DNA of 32,000 bases from assembly GCF_001458695.1 (NCBI RefSeq), contig NZ_LN885086.1, positions 1,170,001 to 1,202,000 on the forward strand. The letters are read 5' to 3'. The notes beneath the pieces are model-generated. The model searched no databases. It saw only the letters and a list, made by a program, of their open reading frames with translations, and had not been told where the DNA came from. A program made the position numbers and the translations under genes. This DNA is from Candidatus Nitrospira inopinata (GTDB lineage Bacteria > Nitrospirota > Nitrospiria > Nitrospirales > Nitrospiraceae). Of this stretch, positions 1 to 9,600 are shown piece by piece; within the stretch, counting starts at the first letter, position 1; every line of letters starts with the position of its first letter.

Positions 1-515
1 AAGGAGGCCACCGTCCGGATCTGACCCTCATCGGTCCCAGAGGGACGAAGCGGCTGATCCAAGGCATCATGGCCACGTTTCCGAGCTTTTCCAACCCGCC
101 GTTCCGGGTCTATATCAAAGAGGTGGAAGGACGATCCTTCCGGATCGGCGACACGCTCGTGATTCCCAAGCCGGTCGTCCACGTACCGGATTTGAATTGC
201 GTGGGATATCGGTTGGAATATCGGAACAAGACGCTCGTCTATTCAGGGGATGCCCAGTACTGCGACAGTCTCGTTCGCCTCTGTCGCGACGCCGATCTCG
301 CCGTGTTGGATTGCTCGTTCCCGGCCAATCGGCCCGGCCCCGTGCACATGCACGCGGGCGAATGCGGTCGGGTCGCGCGGGAGGCCGGAGTGGATCGCCT
401 CGTGCTGTCGCACTTCTATCCGGTGGCGGATCGCGAGGACGTCACAGGTCAAGCGGCGGAAGAGTACGGAGGACGAATCCGGAAAGGAAAGGACCTGCTG
501 ACCATTCAGATCTAA
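1..515 (+). CDS. MBL-fold metallo-hydrolase (RNase Z / beta-lactamase-like), 3' part; the 5' end lies upstream of the window
   Basis: Frame 3 is open from base 3 (GGHRPDLTLIGPRGTKRLIQGIM...) into the listed ORF 69..515. The C-terminal half shows an MBL-like pattern (VYSGD, DCSFP, HMHAGE, LVLSHFYP). Stop at 513-515. Confidence 0.6.
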   Translation, partial: GGHRPDLTLIGPRGTKRLIQGIMATFPSFSNPPFRVYIKEVEGRSFRIGDTLVIPKPVVHVPDLNCVGYRLEYRNKTLVYSGDAQYCDSLVRLCRDADLAVLDCSFPANRPGPVHMHAGECGRVAREAGVDRLVLSHFYPVADREDVTGQAAEEYGGRIRKGKDLLTIQI

Positions 516-541
516 CGCGCAGATCTCACGCAGGCCCGACG

Positions 542-1402
542 TCAAAGCCCCTCTTCCCGAGAGGGGCCGCCCAAGATTTCCATAAATGTGATCAAACGAG
601 TGGATTTGACCGGTTCGTTCATTTTGGCGTAGATCGAACAGAGGTTCTTCGCCATACGGGCGAGAATGGCCCGCACGGGGCTGGGTTGCAGGTACTTATC
701 GTCGAATCCGTATCCGGCCTCGGTCAAGAACCGCGCGCAGTTCTTTTCCGTGAGCAAGGCGCCGCCGTTGAAGCAGTCGATGAAGACGGAATACCGTTTG
801 GATTCGTATTTCACCAAAAAATGACCGGGCATGCCGATGCCGAGAAGCGGCAGGCCCAGACGCTGTCCGATCAGCAAATAGACGACGGACAGGCTGATCG
901 GAATGCCCATCCGTCGGTCGATGACACGGTTCAGGTAGCTGTTTTCCGGTTCGTAGTAATTCTTGGTGTTGCCTTTGAACCCCTGCTCGGCGAAGACGTA
1001 GCGGTTGAGCGCGTTGACGGTTTCCTCTCCGGAGGATCGGCAACCGATGCGGGCCCGCACCTCCCGCGCCATCATGTCGAGTTGGGCTTGATACCGCGAT
1101 ACGTCGAGGGACGGATAGGCGTAACGGGCGATCAGAAAGGAACCGGCTTCCAGGCTCATCGCGTCGTCCGGACGGGCCGACAGCTCGATCAGCTCGCTCT
1201 CGATCCGGTTCCAGCGAATTTCCTCCAGCACGGCGGCGATGCGATCGGCCATCTCCGGCTGCTCGATCTCCGCCTCCTGCAACAGCGGCACGGCCGGGTT
1301 GCCGATCGAGATCAGCTTGCCGCTGATGGTGCGGACGATGCGGTCGTCCCGGTCAGAAAGCAGGCGGATCAACGCCCGAATTTGGCTTTCTGGAACGAGC
1401 AT
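542..1402 (-). CDS. SirB1/YchA-like transglutaminase-like plus helical-repeat protein (UPF0162 type)
   Basis: This is the in-frame ATG (MLVPESQ...) inside the listed 542..2143 ORF. The upstream part of that ORF is antisense to the ABC-2 permease and is not credible. Motifs seen: NRYVFAEQGFKGNTKNYYEPENSYLNRVIDRRMGIPISLSVVYLLIGQRLGLPLLGIGMPGHFLV...IDCFNGG. The start lies 2 nt after the upstream gene's stop (1405-1407). Confidence 0.65.
   Translation of the reverse strand: MLVPESQIRALIRLLSDRDDRIVRTISGKLISIGNPAVPLLQEAEIEQPEMADRIAAVLEEIRWNRIESELIELSARPDDAMSLEAGSFLIARYAYPSLDVSRYQAQLDMMAREVRARIGCRSSGEETVNALNRYVFAEQGFKGNTKNYYEPENSYLNRVIDRRMGIPISLSVVYLLIGQRLGLPLLGIGMPGHFLVKYESKRYSVFIDCFNGGALLTEKNCARFLTEAGYGFDDKYLQPSPVRAILARMAKNLCSIYAKMNEPVKSTRLITFMEILGGPSREEGL
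547..567. terminator. GC-rich hairpin between convergent genes (possible bidirectional terminator)
   Basis: gcccctc (547-553), 7-nt loop, gaggggc (561-567): a perfect 7-bp stem. It overlaps the last codons of the minus-strand gene ending at 542 and lies 32 nt past the plus-strand stop at 515. No clear U-tract. Confidence 0.25.
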
Positions 1403-1404
1403 GT

Positions 1405-2184
1405 CTACCCCATCGCCCGGCGAAACGCCTTGGCTCCTCCGTACAGACAAATCGCGTCGAAGACCACCATGACCGGTATCACCATGGCGACGTGCGGCAA
1501 GGCGTCGCTCCAGCCGGAGAGGATCAACGGCCTGACCGCGTCGATGGCCCAGGTCATGGGGTTGAAGCGGGCGAGAAAGCTCATCCAGCCGGGCATCGCC
1601 GCCAGCGGCACCAGCGCCGAACTCAAGAAGATCATCGGGAGGGAGAGAAATCCCAGGACCGAGAAGAAATCGCCGTGACTCTTGACGGAAAAGGCCATGG
1701 CCATGGAGATGGCCGTGAGCCCCACGCCGAACATCATGCCGATCAGGAGGATCGTGGCGACGCCGAGCAATCCCGTCGCCGGCTCGACGCCGAACAGGAA
1801 CGCCACGCCCAGGATGACCAGGACTTGCAGCGACGTGATCGTCATCACGAAAATGAAGCGGCTCAAAATGACCGAGCTTCTTCTGATCGGGGCCGACATC
1901 AGCCGTTCGAGAAAGCCGTTTTCTTTGTCGAACAAAAGATCGACGCCTCCGGCCAGGCCGTTGTTCAACACGGTCATCACGACCACGCCGGCGGCCAGAA
2001 AGCTGATGTAGTTCGGGGCTTGCGTCACCTGCGTGTCGGCGGCCCGCTGGAAGAGATTGCCGAAAAAAATCAGCCAGAACAGCATGGGCTGCACCAGCGT
2101 GAACAACATGCTGAACTTTTCGCGGCTCAGCCGACGCACCCACCGCATGGTCAACGCGCTGATTTCCTGCCAGTATTCCGTCAT
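1405..2184 (-). CDS. ABC-2 type transporter permease
   Basis: 259 aa and strongly hydrophobic, with about 6 predicted TM segments. N-terminus (MRWVRRLSREKFSMLFTLVQPMLFWLIFFGNLF) is typical of ABC-2 family permeases. Lies downstream of a DrrA-like ATPase gene. Confidence 0.8.
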   Translation of the reverse strand: MTEYWQEISALTMRWVRRLSREKFSMLFTLVQPMLFWLIFFGNLFQRAADTQVTQAPNYISFLAAGVVVMTVLNNGLAGGVDLLFDKENGFLERLMSAPIRRSSVILSRFIFVMTITSLQVLVILGVAFLFGVEPATGLLGVATILLIGMMFGVGLTAISMAMAFSVKSHGDFFSVLGFLSLPMIFLSSALVPLAAMPGWMSFLARFNPMTWAIDAVRPLILSGWSDALPHVAMVIPVMVVFDAICLYGGAKAFRRAMG

Positions 2185-2263
2185 GATCGGTCTCCGAGTT
2201 CGCTCAAGCGGAAAAAGAAGCGGTCCGCCTTACGGCCCTCTCGCGACAAGCGGCCTTCCATGA

Positions 2264-3232
2264 TTACTCGACCGGTTGCTCCGCCGTATCGGTGATGCGC
2301 CGTCCGGTGTGGGCGATGAAGACGTCGTCCAGCCGCGGGCGATGGTATTCGATGAATTCGATGCCGCAGCCGAGCCGATTGGCCGTCTCAAGAATGACCG
2401 GCAACGCCTTCTCGGGGGATTCGACCCGGATGTCGAGTCCGTTCCCCGTGACCCGCACCGTTTTGATCGCCGGCTGGTTGGCGAGCGCCGATTCCAGCCC
2501 GGGAATCCGGTCCGTTTCTTTGATCGTGAGCGAGACGATGTCGCCGCCCAGCGCCACCTTGAGTTCCGTAGGGCTGCCCAGCGCCTTGATGCGACCGCCG
2601 TCGATGATGGCGAGTCGATCGCAGAGCTGGTCCGCTTCGTCCAGGTAATTCGTCGTCATCACGACCGTCAGGCCCCGCGCCTTGAGCATCCGCACGTACT
2701 CCCAGATTCGGAGGCGGCTCTGCACGTCGAGACCGAGCGTCGGTTCGTCGAGAAACAGGACCTTGGGATCGGGGAGCAGACCACAGGCGATATCGAGCTT
2801 GCGCTTCATGCCGCCGGAATAGGTCTTGGCCGGTCGATCCGCGTGCGCTTCCAGATCGACGAGCTTCAGCAATTCATTGATTCGCTGGGCGGCTTCTTCC
2901 TTGGTCAGATGATAGAGGGCGCTCAACAGTTGAAGATGTTCTCGCCCGGTCAGGAATCGGTCGATCGCGCGTTCTTGGGGGACGTAGCCGATCAGCCTCC
3001 GCACCGTGTCCGCTTCGCGCACCGTGTCATGGCCGAAAATGGACGCGGAGCCGGAGGTCGGATGCAGCAGGGTGATGAGCGTGCGGAGCGTCGTGCTCTT
3101 CCCCGCGCCGTTCGGCCCCAACAGACCGAAAATCTCCCCCGCGTACACGTGAAACGACAGGTCGGACACGGCTTGGTGGGCGCCGTAGGCTTTGGACAGC
3201 CTGTTGACCTCGATCGCAACGGCCCGTTCCAT
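2264..3232 (-). CDS. ABC transporter ATP-binding protein (DrrA/ABC-2 exporter type)
   Basis: Walker A GPNGAGKST, signature YSGGMKRKLDIA, Walker B VLFLDEPTLGLD, H-loop region TTNYLDEA. The C-terminal extension is typical of DrrA-like ATPases. Confidence 0.9.
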   Translation of the reverse strand: MERAVAIEVNRLSKAYGAHQAVSDLSFHVYAGEIFGLLGPNGAGKSTTLRTLITLLHPTSGSASIFGHDTVREADTVRRLIGYVPQERAIDRFLTGREHLQLLSALYHLTKEEAAQRINELLKLVDLEAHADRPAKTYSGGMKRKLDIACGLLPDPKVLFLDEPTLGLDVQSRLRIWEYVRMLKARGLTVVMTTNYLDEADQLCDRLAIIDGGRIKALGSPTELKVALGGDIVSLTIKETDRIPGLESALANQPAIKTVRVTGNGLDIRVESPEKALPVILETANRLGCGIEFIEYHRPRLDDVFIAHTGRRITDTAEQPVE

Positions 3233-3937
3233 TTATTCCCAGCCCTTTGACCCGTGCCGATCATGCAGCATGAATTGAATGAGATCGTTCAGGCGACGGA
3301 CTCGCTGGAGCAGCCCGTCCGCCTCGAGCAAAAATTGCTTCTCCAACGGCGTGCACTCCAAATGGGTGGAGAGCGTATTGACGAGGATTTCGTCGCTGAC
3401 TTCGGTGCGAAAGAGCCTTTGCCAGGTAGCGCCGTCTTCTCTGGTTTGGAGGAATCGCTCGAACATGTCCATCAACGCGCGGCGAACCTCCGGCGGCAAT
3501 TCTTTGTCCGCCGCCTCCGGTTTCAGACGAACGGTGGCTTCCCGATAGGGCTTCTCGAAATGTTCGCGTTCGATCTCGCAGCGGATGAGCCCCTGGAGCA
3601 TGATGTTCGATCGGCCGTCCGGCAGGGGGTGGACGCTCACGAGACGTCCGATGCACAGGGTGGAATAAATGGCCGGGTTGCCGTAATAGTCCGCCTCCCA
3701 TCCGTCTTTGAGCAGGGCCATGGCAATGCACCGGTCGCCCTTGGTCGCATCGGCCACCATTCGGCGATAGCGCGGTTCAAAGACGTGAAGAGGAAGATAA
3801 GTCCTTGGAAACAAAACGACATTCGGCAAGGGAAACACCGGGAGACGATCGGGGATCAACACAGTCTCCCCCCGGTGCGAGGGAGCGGGATTCACTGGTT
3901 TCGGTTCTCGGTCTGTTCTCATAAGCGTTTGAGTCAC
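3233..3937 (-). CDS. LON N-terminal (substrate-binding) domain-containing protein
   Basis: LPVFPLPNVVLFPRTYLPLHVFEPRYRRMV is the hallmark opening of the Lon N-terminal domain. No AAA+ or protease domain follows. Stop TAA (3233-3235) abuts the ATPase ATG (3230-3232). The start is either GTG at 3937 or ATG at 3922. Confidence 0.75.
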   Translation of the reverse strand: MTQTLMRTDREPKPVNPAPSHRGETVLIPDRLPVFPLPNVVLFPRTYLPLHVFEPRYRRMVADATKGDRCIAMALLKDGWEADYYGNPAIYSTLCIGRLVSVHPLPDGRSNIMLQGLIRCEIEREHFEKPYREATVRLKPEAADKELPPEVRRALMDMFERFLQTREDGATWQRLFRTEVSDEILVNTLSTHLECTPLEKQFLLEADGLLQRVRRLNDLIQFMLHDRHGSKGWE

Positions 3938-4071
3938 GATAGCCGAGAGTCGTGAAAATTGTCAACGGACCGTCCATCGCGGAATAAGGTCGTCTCACGC
4001 TTCTCTGTTGTGCTCGAACCGCAGCCCATTGGTGGGGCTCCGCTTCCCGTGTTATAAGTCACGATGTGACT
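3932..4071. promoter_or_regulatory. Divergent intergenic region with repeated AGTCACGAT motif and two short inverted repeats (candidate operator sites)
   Basis: AGTCACGAT occurs at 3932-3940 and 4057-4065. tcacga(3934-3939)/tcgtga(3950-3955) form an inverted repeat. agtcac(4057-4062)-gat-gtgact(4066-4071) form a second one. Confidence 0.2.
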
Positions 4072-4113
4072 CGCTCCGGATCATGGTCCTTGTCTCGGCG
4101 CTGGGCGCGGCCC

Positions 4114-5274
4114 ATGGATATCGGGGGCCTCGGTGTGCCGCCCCTGCTCCTTGCCGTCAGCCTGGTCGTATGCCTGGTCGTGTGGTCGGCCGGCGATGGT
4201 CTCCGGGCGGGAGATGAAACCCCCGCCGCCTCATCGTTCAAACAGGCTACGACCGGTTATCGATTTGAGTTTCCAAGAGACCATGGGGCGCATCCGGATT
4301 TTCGAACCGAATGGTGGTACTACACGGGTCACTTGCGGGCCAAGGACGGACGGACGTTCGGGTTTGAGCTCACGTTCTTTCGCCGAGCCATTCCGCCGGA
4401 GGACGTGAAGACCCAGCCGTCGCAGTGGTCGATCACGCAGTTCTATTTTGCCCACTTCGCCTTGACCGATCTCGCCAACGGTCGGTTTCATTTTGCCGAG
4501 AAGGTCAGCCGAGCCGGTTTGGGCAAGGCCGGCGCCGACGAGTCTCGGCTTCGTGCGTGGATCGACGATTGGCGGGCCGAGATGCCGGCCGTTGCTTCCG
4601 GACCGCACAGTCTCGTGGCCAAAACGGACCAATTCGCCTTGTCACTCACCCTTCAGCCGGCCAAACCCCCCGTCGTTCATGGTCTCGATGGGACCAGCCG
4701 AAAAGGGGCGGCGGAGGGACAGGCCTCGCACTACTATTCGTTTACCAGGCTGGCGACGACGGGGACCGTGACCGTTGGAGCGGAGCGGTTCGAGGTGACG
4801 GGGCTCAGTTGGATGGATCATGAATTCAGTTCAACCGATTTGAGTTCGGACCTGGTCGGGTGGGACTGGTTCAGCCTTCAATTGACCGACGACAGCGAGC
4901 TGATGCTCTATCGTATGCGCCGGAACGACGGATCATCCGATCCCGCCTCCAGCGGAACCGTGGTCCCGCCGGACGGCCGGGCCCGGCATCTCCCCGTCCA
5001 CGACTTTACAATTACCTCAACCGCAACCTGGACCAGCCCGAAGAGCAAGGCCGTGTATCCCGCCCGATGGCGCGTGACGGTCCCCTCGCTGGATCTCACG
5101 TTGGAGGTGACTCCCTTACTGGCTGATCAGGAACTCCAAACCGGCGGCAGCGCCGCGGTCACCTATTGGGAAGGGGCGGTCTCAGTGACAGGAACCAAAC
5201 AGGGCCGACCGATTGGCGGACAGGGGTACGTCGAGTTGACCGGCTATGCCGAACGGGTCATCCAGCAACTGTAA
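4114..5274 (+). CDS. AttH/CrtC-like lipocalin-fold protein (carotenoid 1,2-hydratase family), secreted or membrane-anchored
   Basis: FEFPRDHGAHPDFRTEWWYYTGHL...FGFELTFFR and WMDHEF motifs are typical of the CrtC/AttH family. Hydrophobic N-terminus (GVPPLLLAVSLVVCLVVWSAG). ATG at 4114 is preferred over the listed GTG at 4066. Confidence 0.7.
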   Translation: MDIGGLGVPPLLLAVSLVVCLVVWSAGDGLRAGDETPAASSFKQATTGYRFEFPRDHGAHPDFRTEWWYYTGHLRAKDGRTFGFELTFFRRAIPPEDVKTQPSQWSITQFYFAHFALTDLANGRFHFAEKVSRAGLGKAGADESRLRAWIDDWRAEMPAVASGPHSLVAKTDQFALSLTLQPAKPPVVHGLDGTSRKGAAEGQASHYYSFTRLATTGTVTVGAERFEVTGLSWMDHEFSSTDLSSDLVGWDWFSLQLTDDSELMLYRMRRNDGSSDPASSGTVVPPDGRARHLPVHDFTITSTATWTSPKSKAVYPARWRVTVPSLDLTLEVTPLLADQELQTGGSAAVTYWEGAVSVTGTKQGRPIGGQGYVELTGYAERVIQQL

Positions 5275-5486
5275 CCGGTAACGGGAGGAGACGCTCTGTT
5301 GCTCCCCTTGACCGACACAAAACCGGGTTGCGCGATAATCCTCGTCTTTTATGGGCACGCCTGCGCGCTCGGTTCTTGGCCGGGAAAGAACGCGATGGCG
5401 ACGATGACGCCTCCGTCCTCGATTTGATACCGATTTGATACGATGGTTCGACAACGGACCGGCTCGGCGGAAGTCGGACGAAGAGG

Positions 5487-6650
5487 GTGAACAAACGCGG
5501 TGTGCTCATGATTCGTCGGAATGGTGGAAATTGGGGTCGATCGGTCCTGCTCGTTCTCGTGGTTCTTCTGATCGGCGTTGCGCTGGCCGCCTGGAAATAT
5601 GAATCGCTCCAAGCGGAACGAGCTGGCTCAGCCGATCAGCCTGAGCCGATGGAAACCGTCGCCGTCGCCGTGGCACGGGCCGTTCACCATCGTCCCATGA
5701 CCGTCTCGGTGGGGACGGTGCTGGCCCTTCGCTCGGTCATGCTGAAGAACGAACTCGCCGGCACGGTTCGGGAAGTCCGGCTCACGCCCGGGCAGATCGT
5801 CGAGCAGGGGGCGCTGTTGGTCGCTCTTGACGTCTCCGTCGAGGAGGCCGAGCTCAAGGCCCACGAGGTTCAAGCCGCGCTGGCCAGAAAAGTCCTGGCT
5901 CGCAGACAGCACCTGACGGAGGAGTTCGCCACGACGCAGGAAGAAGTCGATCGTGCGCGCGCCGATCTGGAGGTGGCGGAAGCGCAGATCGCCCGCACCA
6001 AGGCCGTCATTGCCCGCAAGACCATTCGGGCTCCGTTTCGCGCTCGGGTGGGGATCGCGGACGTTCATCCCGGCCAATACCTGGAGGAGGGAACCTTCTT
6101 GACGACCCTTCAGAGCGTTGACGATGCGGTACACGTGGATTTCACCGTTCCGCAACAGGTCGCGGCGACCTTACGGAACGGCGAGACGGTCGAGGTTGTT
6201 CCGGCCGGCGATCTCCCTGCGATAACGGCCAAGATCGTCGCCATCGACGCGCGCGTGGACCCGACGACGCGCAATGCCGTCGTGCGCGCGCGAATAGAAC
6301 GCGCGGGTGGGACTCCGGCGCCCGGCTCTTCGGTGCGAGTCCGCGTGCCGGCGGGCCCGTCTCGGGCGGCCGTCGCCGTTCCGGCGAGCGCGCTGCGAAA
6401 GGGGCCGGCTGGAGACCAGGTCTTTGTGCTGGCGGCGGACCGGGACGGGAGAACCAGGGCTTGGGCCCGCCGGGTCGAAAGCGGGACCCTGGTGGGAGAC
6501 GAGGCCGTCATCCATGAAGGATTGGCTGCCGGCGAACAGGTCGCCGCCTCCGGCTCCTTCAAACTGCGCGATGGAGTGTTGGTGAGCGTGACGGGACCAG
6601 CCGAGCCTCGATCCGACGAAGGCAGAAAAACCGCCGAGCCCGCACGATAA
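5487..6650 (+). CDS. Efflux RND transporter periplasmic adaptor subunit (MFP/HlyD family)
   Basis: N-terminal TM anchor, coiled-coil hairpin region (EEAELKAHEVQAALARK...DRARADLEVAEAQIARTKAV), IRAPFRARVG lipoyl/beta-barrel motif. Stop lies 4 nt before the RND pump ATG. Start is uncertain (GTG 5487 or ATG 5508). Confidence 0.85.
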   Translation: MNKRGVLMIRRNGGNWGRSVLLVLVVLLIGVALAAWKYESLQAERAGSADQPEPMETVAVAVARAVHHRPMTVSVGTVLALRSVMLKNELAGTVREVRLTPGQIVEQGALLVALDVSVEEAELKAHEVQAALARKVLARRQHLTEEFATTQEEVDRARADLEVAEAQIARTKAVIARKTIRAPFRARVGIADVHPGQYLEEGTFLTTLQSVDDAVHVDFTVPQQVAATLRNGETVEVVPAGDLPAITAKIVAIDARVDPTTRNAVVRARIERAGGTPAPGSSVRVRVPAGPSRAAVAVPASALRKGPAGDQVFVLAADRDGRTRAWARRVESGTLVGDEAVIHEGLAAGEQVAASGSFKLRDGVLVSVTGPAEPRSDEGRKTAEPAR

Positions 6651-6654
6651 GGCC

Positions 6655-9600
6655 ATGCACCCCGAGTCCGCCAGACCGTCGTTCACCAATCTGTTCATCA
6701 CGCATCCCGTGTTGGCGATCGTCGTCAATCTCGTGATCCTGATCGTGGGCTGGCGGGCGCTGATCGCCTTGCCGGTGCAACAGTATCCCACCATCGAGAA
6801 CTCGGAGGTGGTCATTAAGACCCTCTACTATGGCGCGAGCGCCGAGACGGTGCAGGGCTTTGTCAGCACGCCGATCGAACGGGCCGTATCTTCCATCAGC
6901 GGCGTCGATTATGTGGAGTCGACCAGCCGGGCCGGCGTCAGCACGGTGACCGTCCATCTGAAGTTGAACCACAGCAGCACGGCGGCGCTGGCCGAGGTGA
7001 CGGCGCGGCTTCAGCAGGTACGTTCGGAACTGCCGCCGGAAGCCGAGCCGCCGACGATCGACGTCCAACGGGCGGATCGGCCGTATGCGTCCTTCTATTT
7101 GAGTTTCAGCTCGCATGAACGCACGGTGCCGGCAATCACTGATTGGCTGTTGCGCACGTTGCAGCCTCAGCTTGCGACGTTGCCCGGCGTCCAGCGGGTC
7201 ACCTTCGAGGGCGAGCGGCAGATCGCCATGCGGGTGTGGATCGATCCCGATCGTCTCGCCTCGTTCAACCTCTCGCCCGGCGACGTGCAGAGCGCGCTCC
7301 GACGCAACAATTACTTGGCCGCCGTCGGACGGACCAAGGGCAATCTCGTGCAGATCAACCTGCTCGCCGACACCGACTTGCGCTCGGCAGCCGAGTTTGA
7401 GGACCTGGTCGTGGCCGATCGGGCCGGCGCCATCGTCAGACTCAAAGACGTGGCCGGGATCGAGCGCGACGCCGAGGAAGCCGTCATGGTGGCGAAGTAC
7501 GACGAGACCGAGGGGGTCTATCTCGGAATCTGGCCCGTGCCGGGCGTCAACGAAATCGACGTCGGGCGCCGGTTGCGCGAGGAAGTCGAGCGTATCCGTC
7601 CCACTTTGCCTCCCGACATCGACATGAAGTTGGTGTGGGACGCCACCATGTTCATTCGCAACGCGCTGGCGGAGATCACCAAGACCCTGTCTGAGACGAT
7701 CCTGATCGTCGCCGTGGTCGTGTTCGTCTTTCTGGGATCGGTGCGCACGGCGCTCGTGCCGCTCGTCGCCATGCCGGTGTCGCTGATCGGCGCGGCGGCG
7801 TTCATGGCCCTGTTCGGCTTCAGCCTCAACCTCTTGACGTTGCTCGCCATCGTGCTGGCCGTCGGCTTGGTGGTGGATGACGCGATCGTCGTCGTGGAGA
7901 ACGTCGAGCGGCACGTGCGAATGGGACGGTCGCGAAAGGAGGCGGCCTACGCTGCCGCGCGCGAACTGGTCGGCCCCATCGTGGCGATGACGATCACGCT
8001 CGCCACGGTATACGCGCCGATCGGCTTTCAAGGCGGTCTGAGCGGGTCGCTGTTTCTGGAGTTTGCCATCACCCTGGCGGTGGCCGTGGTCTTGTCGGGG
8101 GTGGTCGCGGTGACGCTGTCGCCGGTGATGAGCGCCTGGTCCGTGCGCCCGCAGGGCCGGGAGGGGCTGTTGGCTCGACTGGTCGATCGGGCGTTTGCGT
8201 CTCTCCGCCGGACCTATGGGCGTCTCCTCGACGGCGCGTTGGCCATGCGGTGGAGCATCGTGGCCTCGGCGTTGCTGGTGACGGCGGCGGCCTGGCCACT
8301 GTTTTTCTTTTCTCGCCAGGAGCTGGCTCCGGTGGAGGATCAAAGTCACATCAGCCTGTTTTTCGAGGCGGCGCCCGATTCCACCGTCGCCGCGACCAAC
8401 CGTGCGCACCTGGATGTCGTGCGGGCGATCGCCGCCATTCCGGAAACGGACTACACCTGGGCGCTCACCACGGCGTGGGGCGGTTTTGGGGGCATCGTCA
8501 CCAAGGATTGGCGCGAGCGGGCTCGCTCGACGGAAGAAATGTACGACGACGTGTACGGCGCGGTCTCACAGGTGCCGGGATTGCGGGTGTTCCCTCGGCT
8601 CGATCCCCCGCTGCCGACGCCGGGACAGTACGACGTCGAACTGGTGCTGCAAAGCGAGGGGTCGGCGGAAACGATGCTGGAGGCCGTGGCCGAGGTGCTC
8701 AGCGCCGCGTGGCGGAGCGGAAAATTCCTCTACGCGGACACCGATCTCAAAATCGACCTGCCCCAGGCGCGCGCCGTTCTGGACCGCGAGCGGATCGCCG
8801 ACCTGGGGCTTGATCTGGCGGCGGTCGGACGAGAGCTGGGCACGTTGCTGGGCGGCGCCTATGTGAACCGGTTCAATTACTTTGACCGCAGCTACAAGGT
8901 CATCCCGCAGATCGGAGACAAGGACCGCGCGACCCTCGACCCGCTGCTCGACCTGAAGATCAAAACGCCGGGCGGGCAGTTGGTGCCGGTATCGACCTTC
9001 GCGCGCATCGAAACCGGCGTCGCCCCGCGAGCCTTGAATCGATTTCAGCAACGCCACGCCGCCCGCGTGTTCGGCGGGCTCAAGCCCGGCGTCACCAAAG
9101 AAGAGGGCCTTCGCGTGCTCGAAGCCGCGGCGGCGCCGCTGAGCCCGCTCGTTCACTTGGATTACGCCGGAGAATCCAGGCAACTGCGTCAGGAGGGAGC
9201 CGCCCTCACCGTCACCCTGGGCTTCGCGGTCGTCTTGATTTTCCTGGTGCTGGCCGCGCAGTTCAAAAGCTTCCGCGATCCGTTGATCGTCCTGCTCGGT
9301 TCGGTCCCACTGGCCATCTCCGGCGCGCTGGTGGTCGGTTTTCTGGATTTGACGACGATCAATATCTATTCGCAAGTCGGACTGATTACGCTCGTCGGGT
9401 TGATCGCCAAGAACGGCATCCTCATCGTGGAGTTCGCCAATCAGTTGCAGGCGCAAGGATGTTCGCGCGAGGCGGCGGCGCGCGAGGCGGCACTGACGAG
9501 GCTGAGGCCCGTGTTGATGACCTCGGCGGCCACGGTCTTCGGTCATCTCCCGCTGGTGCTGGCGACGGGACCGGGCGCGGCCGCCCGCAACAGCATCGGG

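Noticed and set aside
197-1678. 493-aa plus-strand ORF
   Set aside because: It is antisense to the well-supported SirB1-like and ABC-2 permease genes. The Arg/Gly/Ala-rich low-complexity translation is typical of spurious antisense frames in GC-rich DNA.
1403-2143. N-terminal 247 codons of the listed 533-aa ORF 542..2143
   Set aside because: This part lies out of frame over the ABC-2 permease gene and is Arg/Pro/Gly/His-rich. The SirB1-like homology begins only at the internal ATG at 1402, which sits 2 nt after the permease stop.
2185-2263. 79-nt spacer between the ABC ATPase and permease genes, with three AAGCGG copies and a T-run on the transcribed strand (possible attenuator)
   Set aside because: I could not draw a stable stem; the best pairing is a bulged 6 bp with a 1-nt loop. 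The hexamer repeats are short enough to arise by chance.
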